Of a DNA stretch of 64,000 nucleotides, positions 1 through 9,941 are shown in pieces. The stretch spans positions 79,236,001-79,300,000 of the forward strand of contig OZ024743.1 in the NCBI GenBank assembly GCA_964016885.1, given 5' to 3'. Each line of letters begins with the position of its first letter. The stretch's first letter is position 1. Below the pieces are notes generated by a model. It worked only from the letters and a program-made list of their open reading frames with translations. It was not told the DNA's origin and searched no databases. Position numbers and translations under genes: made by a program. Source of the DNA: Eledone cirrhosa (taxonomy: Eukaryota).

Positions 1-129
1 GGTGTAAGAACTGATAAGAGTCAACAGCCATCCGAAAGTGTGTAAATATGTATATAGACATGTACATATGTAGGTATATGTATATGTGTATATACATGGG
101 TGGATGTGTATGTATATACGTGTGGACAT

Positions 130-545
130 AGAAATAGTCGGGCTGGACACCAGATCGCGTGGTTAAACCAGTATGAGTGAAGGACCCCTAACCTTTGTCA
201 GGACATTCTTCTAGAAGGCAACTCAGGAAACTGGGATAACTCCGACATAAAACCTGCGGCTCAGTAGTTACCGATGATATTGATCTTTTCTTCTTTTCGG
301 GTTATAGCTTACTGTCGCTCAGAGAGTGGGATTGGCTCAGTGCACAGTCTTTCCTCACTTTAAAAAATATCTTCATGCACAGGCATTGCAAGATAGAATT
401 AATTAATAATTATTAATAATGGTATATCATGTAATGGCCATACTCGATGACGAGGGGCAGCCATCATATCATGTATGTATGTATGTATGTATGTATGTAT
501 GTATGTATGTATGTATGTATGTATGTATGTATGTATGTATGTATG
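130..545 (+). mobile_element. Non-autonomous internally deleted RTE derivative (5' UTR domain + 3' hairpin + (ATGT)n tail); may start upstream of 130
   Basis: 130-410 aligns closely to the 5' UTR of the full RTE (17645-17925). It is joined almost directly to the RTE 3' terminal motif atggccatactcgatgacgaggggcagccatcat and an (ATGT)n tail, with no ORF between. Confidence 0.8.
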
Positions 546-1478
546 TACAAGGTGTACAAGGCATGTATGTACAAGGTGTACAAGGCATGTGTGCTCTCTT
601 GTCTTCGTTATGCCTGCGAGACCTGGGTCACATATCGACACCACCTTATGCAATTGGAGCGTTTCCATCAAATGTGTCTCAGACGGATCCATGGCGTTCA
701 CTGGAGGGACCACATCAGCGATGTCGAGATTTTGGAAAGTTCTATGTGTGACAGTATAGAAGCTCTTGTGCTTAAGCAATGACTCCGTTGGAGTGGTCAC
801 CTTGCCAGGATGAAGGATTCTAGAATACCAAAACAACTCTTTTATGGAGAGTTAGTTAAAGGAAAACGACCGCCACATAAACCAAAAAAGAGGTATAAGG
901 ATTCCTTGAAAGCCTCCCTGAAAGACGCTAACATCTCTGTAATAAATGGAGAAAGACTGTATATGAGGTAAAAGTTGCCTTTGAGGCATCTCGAATCGCA
1001 TACGAGAAAGTAAAGTGGGATGTGAGGAAGGGCATTGCTGTTGCATTTCCAGACAGCGAAGGTCCTCCTATGGCGTTGACATGCAGCGTCTGTGCGAGAT
1101 TCTGCCTAAGCAAAGCTGGACTCGAAAGTCATCTTCGCAGTCATAAAGTAAGACCAGTGGTTGACTACCAGGCTGCTGTTATAGATGCTACTCATCATGC
1201 TTACCAAGCATGTGGTAGAGAATGTAAAGCAGCAGGAGGGATCAAACGACATGCAAAAGTACATGAACTCCAACCACAGCCGGCTATTCCCAGTGAATGT
1301 TTTGGTTGCCGACTCTGTGCAAGACATTTTAGATCATTGGCTGGGCTAAAAAGCCACATTTGATCGTAGCGCTGTTAGTTGCTATCGTATGTGTGTGTGT
1401 GTATAGATATGTTTATGTGTGTGTATATATATATGTATATGTATATTATTATTGTTGTTGTTGTCGTTATTATTTTTG

Positions 1479-1519
<41 letters not shown>
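546..1519 (+). pseudogene. 5'-truncated, decayed RTE LINE copy (end of RT, C2H2 fingers, first part of 3' UTR)
   Basis: Aligns to 20735-21735 of the intact RTE (ACVLSCL.YACETW; CSVCARFCLSKAGLESHLRSH). Has stops at ~780 and ~1361 and a ~30 bp deletion near 938. Confidence 0.92.
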
Positions 1520-1735
1520 GAATGCCATGGTTGACGGAGGCTCGGCTCTGTAAGGTATAGTAATTTTTAACCGTTAAAACAATTGTAAATTGTTTAAAAC
1601 TTGAACCAAATTGTTGATAAAGACACCCTCCTCCTCGTGAGAGGGGTCTTTCTGTCCGTTATTTGGCCCTTCGGGGTTAAATAACCAGTTATTGGGGTTT
1701 TGTACCCAAAATTTCATTTTAAACAAAAAAACAAC

Positions 1736-3829
1736 ATGGCTACGAAAAAGAAATTTCATACGTCAGTCCCACTCATTCCGTCTTCTTCCTCAATCATCAC
1801 TACAGCAGAGAGAAGATTGTCTCTCTCCCTCCCTTCTTTAAATGTGTCTCTCTCCCTCCCTTCTCTTTCGCAAGTGACGAAAGAAAAGAAAAGTCTCGTG
1901 CAAAGCGTGCAAGGTTTCTCCACGACGACGACGACAGCGACGAAACAGGTGTGCGGGAAATACGAAAACCCAGTTCATTCGTCTGACGTCAGGAATAATA
2001 GCAGTAGCAGCCGTAATAACAACTGCAACAGTGACAATGAAAACAACAGTAGCAGCCGCAACAGCATCACCAGCAGCATAAACAACAACAGCATTAGCAG
2101 CAGCAACACCAACAACAACCACAGCAACAGCGGCGGAGGCAGTAGTCGTAGTACCTGCAGCAACAACAAAAGTACCAGCAGCTCTGACGACAACAACAAC
2201 AGCAGAGAAAAACCAATCTCATTTGCAGGTATTGCGAAAAACTTGGAAACAATCCTCATAACAAATGAGGAATTAGAGGAAGCGAAGAAGATGGTGACAA
2301 AGAACGGACACCGAGCAATCTGCAAGGCAGCGGAAAAATTTTTCAAAACCCAAGAGCACTGTACGGTCACGTACCGTACAGTAAGTACAAAATCCCGTAG
2401 GGTGGAAAGAGCCACAGAGGCCCAAATACAAAAAGCCTTGGGGTCTGTGTGGCAGCGGAAAACGCACATCACCCGAGGCAAAAAATATGCCACCGTAGAC
2501 GTACTTTTTGCCACACCCCAGGAGGCAAAGGCCCAATCAGTAGTGACCCTAAGGAGCGAGGAAATGGTGTTGGTGCCCTCCTACTGCGGGCAAAAAATTG
2601 TGAGGGTCAAACTGACCCACGTCCCCCCCGGAATGACCCCTTCTTGGCTGGCCGCGTCTGTCCTAATCGGAATCGAGGACAAAACAACTGTACTGCAAGT
2701 ACAGAAAAAAGTAAGAGAAGATTGGGTCGGCTCCTCCATTGAGATGCTAATCCAAACCAACCAGGAGTGCATCGAAGCTATCCCGGATGTGATAGACTTC
2801 GATAACGGCACTCAACTGCCCATAAGTGTTGAGGGCAAACGCCCGAAATGCTTTCGCTGTGGATCGAAGACTCACCTCAGGGCCTTCTGCAACGAGAAGA
2901 CCCTGAGAAAGGAGAAAATCCCCCTCCTTCCGAATCCGGCTCCACGGCTACCAGCAACAGGACAAGCGGCAACCAGGAACGATAGGTCCGTGGCACCCAT
3001 ACCCACTCCACGGAAATCAAAGACAGCAGCAGCAGTGGAAATATTAACAACAACAACAGCAATACCAAATGCAGCTGCAACAGAGACTCCAGTGCAAACA
3101 TCACCAACAACAACAAGTGAAAGAGTGGAGTTGGTACCCCTCCCCGACCTCACAGAATCAGACATGGAGTGTGAGGTGGGAGAGAGATGGCAAAAGGTCG
3201 TAAGAAGGCACAAACGCAGAAGCAGCGCATCGTCGCCTTTGAAAAGTGAGGAAAGAAATGAGAAAAGGGTAAAGTCTACTGCAAAGAGACCCACAGCAGC
3301 AACAACACCAACACCATCACCACCCACACTAGCGCCACCATCACCACCGGCGACAACCCCACCGGCAACAACACCTTCAACACCACCACCACAAGCACCA
3401 ACATCGCAAACACAACAACAAAACACACACACCCAGCAACAACGACAAGAAAATAGCAGAACCACACCCCACCCCCAGAAAAACAAATGCACGGCAATAA
3501 ATACACACAACAAGAAACTAATGACTTACATAATTGAACACACAGACATTTCACAACAGGACTACATAATACCAGCACCAATCAAAACGCCAACTAACAT
3601 AAGACTGCTAAAAATAGCACAGAAACAATACACAAATATTAAAACGAAATTCCCCAACGCAGTTGGTGATTTCAGGGACCTAGGAGGAACCATCAATCGA
3701 AGAGTATACTCAGACATTCTCTTAGAAGAGCCGACGACCAGCCGAAGGGACGATTCAACGGTCCCTTCACCAGACGATCAAGTGAAAAGGGATGTAAAAA
3801 CCATCCCTCCTCTACCAAAAGTACGGTAA
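1736..3829 (+). CDS. Tx1-type ORF1 (gag-like nucleic-acid-binding protein with CCHC knuckle)
   Basis: First ATG at 1736 (the ORF track starts at an upstream TTG). CX2CX4HX4C knuckle CFRCGSKTHLRAFC, with N/S-rich and P/T-rich low-complexity segments. Confidence 0.88.
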   Translation: MATKKKFHTSVPLIPSSSSIITTAERRLSLSLPSLNVSLSLPSLSQVTKEKKSLVQSVQGFSTTTTTATKQVCGKYENPVHSSDVRNNSSSSRNNNCNSDNENNSSSRNSITSSINNNSISSSNTNNNHSNSGGGSSRSTCSNNKSTSSSDDNNNSREKPISFAGIAKNLETILITNEELEEAKKMVTKNGHRAICKAAEKFFKTQEHCTVTYRTVSTKSRRVERATEAQIQKALGSVWQRKTHITRGKKYATVDVLFATPQEAKAQSVVTLRSEEMVLVPSYCGQKIVRVKLTHVPPGMTPSWLAASVLIGIEDKTTVLQVQKKVREDWVGSSIEMLIQTNQECIEAIPDVIDFDNGTQLPISVEGKRPKCFRCGSKTHLRAFCNEKTLRKEKIPLLPNPAPRLPATGQAATRNDRSVAPIPTPRKSKTAAAVEILTTTTAIPNAAATETPVQTSPTTTSERVELVPLPDLTESDMECEVGERWQKVVRRHKRRSSASSPLKSEERNEKRVKSTAKRPTAATTPTPSPPTLAPPSPPATTPPATTPSTPPPQAPTSQTQQQNTHTQQQRQENSRTTPHPQKNKCTAINTHNKKLMTYIIEHTDISQQDYIIPAPIKTPTNIRLLKIAQKQYTNIKTKFPNAVGDFRDLGGTINRRVYSDILLEEPTTSRRDDSTVPSPDDQVKRDVKTIPPLPKVR

Positions 3830-3864
3830 GTGGTCTTTCCCATCTTTTCCACTCTATTTTAAAC

Positions 3865-6800
3865 ATGACCTCACTCAGAATAGGCAGCATAAATGCGCGT
3901 GGCTTGGGGTCGTCATGGAAGCAGGGTCACCTGCTCAACGACCTCAGGTCACTAAACATAGATGTAGTGGCCATCAGCGAGACCAGAATCTCCGAAGCAC
4001 GGGCCTTCGCACCGATCTTCGGCGGCTACGATGTGTACGCATCTCCCAGCCGTCCTGGATCGGGTGGAGGAGTTGCTGTGCTTTTTCGGAGAGGTTTGGA
4101 TCTCGCCATACGGGCCATCTTCCTGGACCCAGAGGGTAAGCTGGTGGTGCTGGACGTGACCAGCGGAGACGGGCAAGCTTTCAGGCTAGTGGCCGTCTAT
4201 GCCCCGACAGGAGCAGGGCGGCCTGATTTCTTCCGGCGTCTGGAGACCTTTCTTGGAACGTCCCGCTCTTTAGTGTTAGTGGGCGACTGGAACGGGATCT
4301 TAGATGCACGCTGGGACTGTGTGGGATTAGCGGATAGGGGTGGAGGGTGCAAGAGCCTCACCAACCTGCTCAGGCGTTTTGAACTGTCTGACAGGTACCG
4401 ATTGGATTTCCCGAATGTGCCAATGTGGACTTGGACAAACCGCATAGGGTCATCCAGATCATATCTAGATAGAGTATTTTGTAGGGAAATAGATAGGTCT
4501 AGCATAGGCTGTCCACAATTCAAGATAGTCAGCTACACGGACCACAAATTCGTGACCTGTGTGCTTGACTTAGATAGGCTTCATAGACGAGGACCCGGCT
4601 ACTGGAAGCTAAACGCGTCCTTACCAGCGCGCAAGGCCTACAGAGACCGGATTAGCGAACTAGTTAAGCGGGCGTTGACGGGGGCCATCGTCAACAACAA
4701 GTGGTGGTTTGCTCTGAAAAGAGCGATTAGAATAGAATCGATTAGGTTTAGTAAGGCTTTAGCAATAGAGAAAAATAGAGCAGAGGGAGAACTAGTTAGA
4801 AAATTAGACGAGGCGCTTAGCAAAGGCATTGCGACCGACGTGCTTGCGGCGAAATTGGCCCTTGACCAATTCTTCAATGCAAAGCACGAAGGCTGCGTTG
4901 TCAGAGCTAGGGTGCGTGCTCTCAGACACGAGGGGACGAAAGCCGTTCAATGGGCCCGAGTGGCGGAGGCGCGTCGTGGCAACAAAGCCACGATCCGGTC
5001 TTTGGTGGACCACGACGGGCGCATGCTACTCGATCCCGGGAAAATGTGTGAAGCTTTTCAGCGACACTTCGCTCAGCTGTTCGGGGGCAGCGGGGGGCCG
5101 GGTAGAGGGATGGACTTTAGTGTCTACCTCGACGGACTGCCGCGGCTCTCGGCCACTGAGGCGAGGTGTTGCGAAAAGCCGATAACAGCCGCTGAAGTAC
5201 GGGAGGCAATGACTGGCTGCACAAGGGGTAAATCGCCTGGTTTGGATGGTCTGCCCTATGAACTTTACGTACAGATGCCAGACTTGTTCGGAGGCCTCTT
5301 GGCGGACGTCTACTGCAACTGGCAACAGAACGGGAGAATTCCCAGTTCTGTGAGCCGAGGAGCGGTGGCACTGCTGAGAAAGGATCCGAACAAGGGGGAT
5401 AACATAGACAATTTCCGGCCCATAACTCTGCTAAACACAGAGTTTAAGATTTTGGCCAAGGTGCTAGCAAAGAGGTTGGCGCTTGTCGTTGGTGGTCTGG
5501 TGGGAGAGGCACAGACATGCGCCATTCCCGACAGATCCATCCACGACAACCTCCACCTCATGCGATACATCGTAGAGAGGGTAGCTAGGGAACCTGGCAC
5601 GGGTGGGTCCTTGATCAATTTAGATCAGTCGAAAGCTTTCGATAGGGTCGACCATCGTTACCTAGCGGCAGTCCTGAGGGCGGCTGGCTTTGGGCCCGTC
5701 TTCAGAGGCTGGATCGCTGCCATGCACAGCGACATCTGCTCTGTGGTGAGAGTGAACGGTCACCTGTCGGAACCGTTCAACATCATGCGCTCGGTCCGCC
5801 AAGGATGTCCCCTCTCGTCCCTCTTGTACGTATTGACTCTCGAGCCATTACTGCACAAACTGGAGACGTTGAGGGGAGTCCCGCGCGAACTAGGATGCGG
5901 AAGATCCGTGTCAGCATATGCGGACGATGTCACCGTAGTGGTGTCGAACGCCAAACACATCGAGGCGATCGGCACTACACTAAGAGAATACGAAGCGGTG
6001 ACAGGAGCAATGATCAACCAGGAAAAGTCAGTGGGCCTGCAGCTCGGCACCTGGAGAGGCAGGTCCATGCCGTCCAACAGCGTCGTCGGGCGCTGGACGG
6101 ACGGACCGGTTAAATTGCTAGGGGTCTGGTTCGGTCCGGACCTCCAGACGGACAAAAACTGGGACGAGGTGACGAGCAGGGTGGCTTCTCTCACCCAGAA
6201 ATGGGCGGAGAGGAAGCTATCCCTGAAAGGTCGAGCGGAGGTGGCTAACGCGTACATCGCGTCTGTCATCTGCTACCGCCTAACCGTCGTACCTTGTCCT
6301 AAGCCTCGCCTGACTGCGCTGGAGCGTTTGCTCTTTCGCTTTTTGTGGAAGGGACGTGCTCCGATGGTCAGGCGGTCCATCTGTTGTCAACACCCGCTAC
6401 GTGGAGGGCTGGGCATGCCGTGGCTGATGATGCGCAGGCACGCGCTCAGGCTACGACATCTCCACCTCTTCCTCGACGGTGATCAGGTGTGGTCGCCGTT
6501 TGCTAGACGCGTTTTTCCCCAGCTCGTTTCCTTGACGGAGCTGCAGTCCTGGGTCAAGCGAAGACCGAGAGGGAGCGCCTGGAGACTGGAATGTCTTCAG
6601 GCGCTCACAGCCCTCGACCAATCGGGCAATGTGATCGGTGGAAACTCCACCTCGGCGTTCTATAGAGGATTAGTGGAGGGGAAGAGCGACGACGTACTTG
6701 GGGAAACTCTAGGCGTCGACGAAAATCAACTAGCCAATCTCTTCGGAAGAACTTTCGGGCCAGGGCCTATGGACAACTTCCAGAAATCTCTGGCCTGGCA

Positions 6801-7284
6801 GTGCTACCGAGGAGCCTTGCCAGTTCGGGATAAACTCTACAGGCATGGAGGTGCCGTCAGCCGGGCATGTCCGAGATGCGCGCAGGGCGACGAAACCGTC
6901 CTGCACGCACTCGTCCAGTGTCCGAAAATTGCTGACTTGTGGGTTTATGTCGAACACCTGCTGTCGCGTTTAGGACGGATCCAGCTATCATCTGAGTCTA
7001 TCGTGAGGATTGCCCCGCCCTCCTCCTTTAGCCGGGAAGGGCAGGCAGTTTTTATCTGTCTGGTGGCCATGGCGAAAGAGATAGTATGGTGGACACGTTT
7101 GAAAGGGCTGAAGACGAGCACTTACCTCTTCGGTGATGCTCTGATTGACTTTTTCAAATTTCATTTGAAAAGGAAAATCAGAGTAGAAAAGGAAGTGCTC
7201 TCTTCCCAGCATTTTGTTGAAAGATGGGCGAGAGAAGCAAGAATGGCCCGAGTGAATGGGCCGACTCTGAGTATATATCTGTAA
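3865..7284 (+). CDS. Tx1-type ORF2: APE endonuclease + reverse transcriptase + C-terminal Cys/His domain
   Basis: 1139 aa with SINARGL, ISET, VYAP, GDWN, SYLDR and YTDH (APE); KSPGLDG, FRPITLLN, DQSKAFDRV, VRQGCPLS and YADD (RT); CPRC..ETVLHALVQC. Confidence 0.96.
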   Translation: MTSLRIGSINARGLGSSWKQGHLLNDLRSLNIDVVAISETRISEARAFAPIFGGYDVYASPSRPGSGGGVAVLFRRGLDLAIRAIFLDPEGKLVVLDVTSGDGQAFRLVAVYAPTGAGRPDFFRRLETFLGTSRSLVLVGDWNGILDARWDCVGLADRGGGCKSLTNLLRRFELSDRYRLDFPNVPMWTWTNRIGSSRSYLDRVFCREIDRSSIGCPQFKIVSYTDHKFVTCVLDLDRLHRRGPGYWKLNASLPARKAYRDRISELVKRALTGAIVNNKWWFALKRAIRIESIRFSKALAIEKNRAEGELVRKLDEALSKGIATDVLAAKLALDQFFNAKHEGCVVRARVRALRHEGTKAVQWARVAEARRGNKATIRSLVDHDGRMLLDPGKMCEAFQRHFAQLFGGSGGPGRGMDFSVYLDGLPRLSATEARCCEKPITAAEVREAMTGCTRGKSPGLDGLPYELYVQMPDLFGGLLADVYCNWQQNGRIPSSVSRGAVALLRKDPNKGDNIDNFRPITLLNTEFKILAKVLAKRLALVVGGLVGEAQTCAIPDRSIHDNLHLMRYIVERVAREPGTGGSLINLDQSKAFDRVDHRYLAAVLRAAGFGPVFRGWIAAMHSDICSVVRVNGHLSEPFNIMRSVRQGCPLSSLLYVLTLEPLLHKLETLRGVPRELGCGRSVSAYADDVTVVVSNAKHIEAIGTTLREYEAVTGAMINQEKSVGLQLGTWRGRSMPSNSVVGRWTDGPVKLLGVWFGPDLQTDKNWDEVTSRVASLTQKWAERKLSLKGRAEVANAYIASVICYRLTVVPCPKPRLTALERLLFRFLWKGRAPMVRRSICCQHPLRGGLGMPWLMMRRHALRLRHLHLFLDGDQVWSPFARRVFPQLVSLTELQSWVKRRPRGSAWRLECLQALTALDQSGNVIGGNSTSAFYRGLVEGKSDDVLGETLGVDENQLANLFGRTFGPGPMDNFQKSLAWQCYRGALPVRDKLYRHGGAVSRACPRCAQGDETVLHALVQCPKIADLWVYVEHLLSRLGRIQLSSESIVRIAPPSSFSREGQAVFICLVAMAKEIVWWTRLKGLKTSTYLFGDALIDFFKFHLKRKIRVEKEVLSSQHFVERWAREARMARVNGPTLSIYL

Positions 7285-7556
7285 ACTAAAGGTGGAAAAC
7301 TGGGAGAGGGCACTTGCCTTGGTGGTCAGGGTCATTGTGGCTTTTTACTGGGCTTTCTCCACAAATGTCCCTCCGAAGTCTCCCCCCTATTGGGGAATTT
7401 TTCATTGTTATTTTCATTGTTATTTTTGTTACATCCTCTGTTTTTGTTTTTTTACACGCAGAAATGCCCATTTGTACCGTCCTGCATTGTCCTGCACTGT
7501 CCTTAATGTCTACTTTATGTAAACCCTTGTGGTTAATAAAGAAATCATTATTTTTG

Positions 7557-7597
<41 letters not shown>

Positions 7598-7813
7598 GAA
7601 TGCCATGGTTGACGGAGGCTCGGCTCTGTAAGGTATAGTAATTTTTAACCGTTAAAACAATTGTAAATTGTTTAAAACTTGAACCAAATTGTTGATAAAG
7701 ACACCCTCCTCCTCGTGAGAGGGGTCTTTCTGTCCGTTATTTGGCCCTTCGGGGTTAAATAACCAGTTATTGGGGTTTTGTACCCAAAATTTCATTTTAA
7801 ACAAAAAAACAAC

Positions 7814-9906
7814 ATGGCTACGAAAAAGAAATTTCATACGTCAGTCCCACTCATTCCGTCTTCTTCCTCAATCATCACTACAGCAGAGAGAAGATTGTCT
7901 CTCTCCCTCCCTTCTTTAAATGTGTCTCTCTCCCTCCCTTCTCTTTCGCAAGTGACGAAAGAAAAGAAAAGTCTCGTGCAAAGCGTGCAAGGTTTCTCCA
8001 CGACGACGACGACAGCGACGAAACAGGTGTGCGGGAAATACGAAAACCCAGTTCATTCGTCTGACGTCAGGAATAATAGCAGTAGCAGCCGTAATAACAA
8101 CTGCAACAGTGACAATGAAAACAACAGTAGCAGCCGCAACAGCATCACCAGCAGCATAAACAACAACAGCATTAGCAGCAGCAACACCAACAACAACCAC
8201 AGCAACAGCGGCGGAGGCAGTAGTCGTAGTACCTGCAGCAACAACAAAAGTACCAGCAGCTCTGACGACAACAACAACAGCAGAGAAAAACCAATCTCAT
8301 TTGCAGGTATTGCGAAAAACTTGGAAACAATCCTCATAACAAATGAGGAATTAGAGGAAGCGAAGAAGATGGTGACAAAGAACGGACACCGAGCAATCTG
8401 CAAGGCAGCGGAAAAATTTTTCAAAACCCAAGAGCACTGTACGGTCACGTACCGTACAGTAAGTACAAAATCCCGTAGGGTGGAAAGAGCCACAGAGGCC
8501 CAAATACAAAAAGCCTTGGGGTCTGTGTGGCAGCGGAAAACGCACATCACCCGAGGCAAAAAATATGCCACCGTAGACGTACTTTTTGCCACACCCCAGG
8601 AGGCAAAGGCCCAATCAGTAGTGACCCTAAGGAGCGAGGAAATGGTGTTGGTGCCCTCCTACTGCGGGCAAAAAATTGTGAGGGTCAAACTGACCCACGT
8701 CCCCCCCGGAATGACCCCTTCTTGGCTGGCCGCGTCTGTCCTAATCGGAATCGAGGACAAAACAACTGTACTGCAAGTACAGAAAAAAGTAAGAGAAGAT
8801 TGGGTCGGCTCCTCCATTGAGATGCTAATCCAAACCAACCAGGAGTGCATCGAAGCTATCCCGGATGTGATAGACTTCGATAACGGCACTCAACTGCCCA
8901 TAAGTGTTGAGGGCAAACGCCCGAAATGCTTTCGCTGTGGATCGAAGACTCACCTCAGGGCCTTCTGCAACGAGAAGACCCTGAGAAAGGAGAAAATCCC
9001 CCTCCTTCCGAATCCGGCTCCACGGCTACCAGCAACAGGACAAGCGGCAACCAGGAACGATAGGTCCGTGGCACCCATACCCACTCCACGGAAATCAAAG
9101 ACAGCAGCAGCAGTGGAAATATTAACAACAACAACAGCAATACCAAATGCAGCTGCAACAGAGACTCCAGTGCAAACATCACCAACAACAACAAGTGAAA
9201 GAGTGGAGCTGGTACCCCTCCCCGACCTTACAGAATCAGACATGGAGTGTGAGGTGGGAGAGGGATGGCAAAAGGTCGCAAGAAGGCACAAACGCAGAAG
9301 CAGCGCATCGTCGCCTTTGAAAAGGGAGGAAAGAAATGAGAAAAGGGTAAAGTCTACTGCAAAGAGACCCACAGCAGCAACACCACCAACACCATCACCA
9401 CCCACACCAGCACCACCATCACCACCGGCGACAACCCCACCGCCAACAACACCTTCAACACCACCACCACAAGCACCAACATCGCAAACACAACAACAAA
9501 ACACACACACCCAGCAACAACGACAAGAAAATAGCAGAACCACACCCACCCCCAGAAAAACAAATGCACGGCAATAAACACACACAACAAGAAACTAATG
9601 ACTTACATAATTGAACACACAGACATTTCACAACAGGACTACATAATACCAGCACCAATCAAAACGCCAACTAACATAAGACTGCTAAAAATAGCACAGA
9701 AACAATACACAAACATTAAAACGAAATTCCCCAACGCAGTTGGTGATTTCAGGGACCTAGGAGGAACCATCAATCGAAGAGTATATTCAGACATTCTCTT
9801 AGAAGAGCCGACGACCAGCCGAAGGGACGATTCAACGGTCCCTTCACCAGACGATCAAGTGAAAAGGGATGTAAAAACCATCCCTCCTCTACCAAAAGTA
9901 CGGTAA
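7814..9906 (+). pseudogene. Tx1 ORF1 copy 2, split by a 1-bp deletion
   Basis: accacaccccaccccc in copy 1 versus accacacccaccccc at ~9545. Gives a stop at 9577, and the remainder is ORF 9598-9906. Could be a homopolymer sequencing error. Confidence 0.8.
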
Positions 9907-9941
9907 GTGGTCTTTCCCATCTTTTCCACTCTATTTTAAAC

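Larger units (their letters stand above)
1520..7546 (+). mobile_element. Tx1/L1-clade non-LTR retrotransposon, copy 1, full length
   Basis: Starts gaatgccatggttgacgg after (ATT)n. Contains two long ORFs and a 3' UTR ending AATAAAGAAATC followed by (ATT)n. Repeated with a 6078-bp period. Confidence 0.93.

Noticed and set aside
1625-1650. HDV-like ribozyme in the Tx1 5' UTR
   Set aside because: An L3-like loop is present, but no P1 3' strand plus GG or P2 could be assigned. Kept only as a structured UTR.
1838-7335. Antisense and alternate-frame ORFs inside the Tx1 and RTE elements
   Set aside because: Shadows of the main ORFs with no independent motifs.
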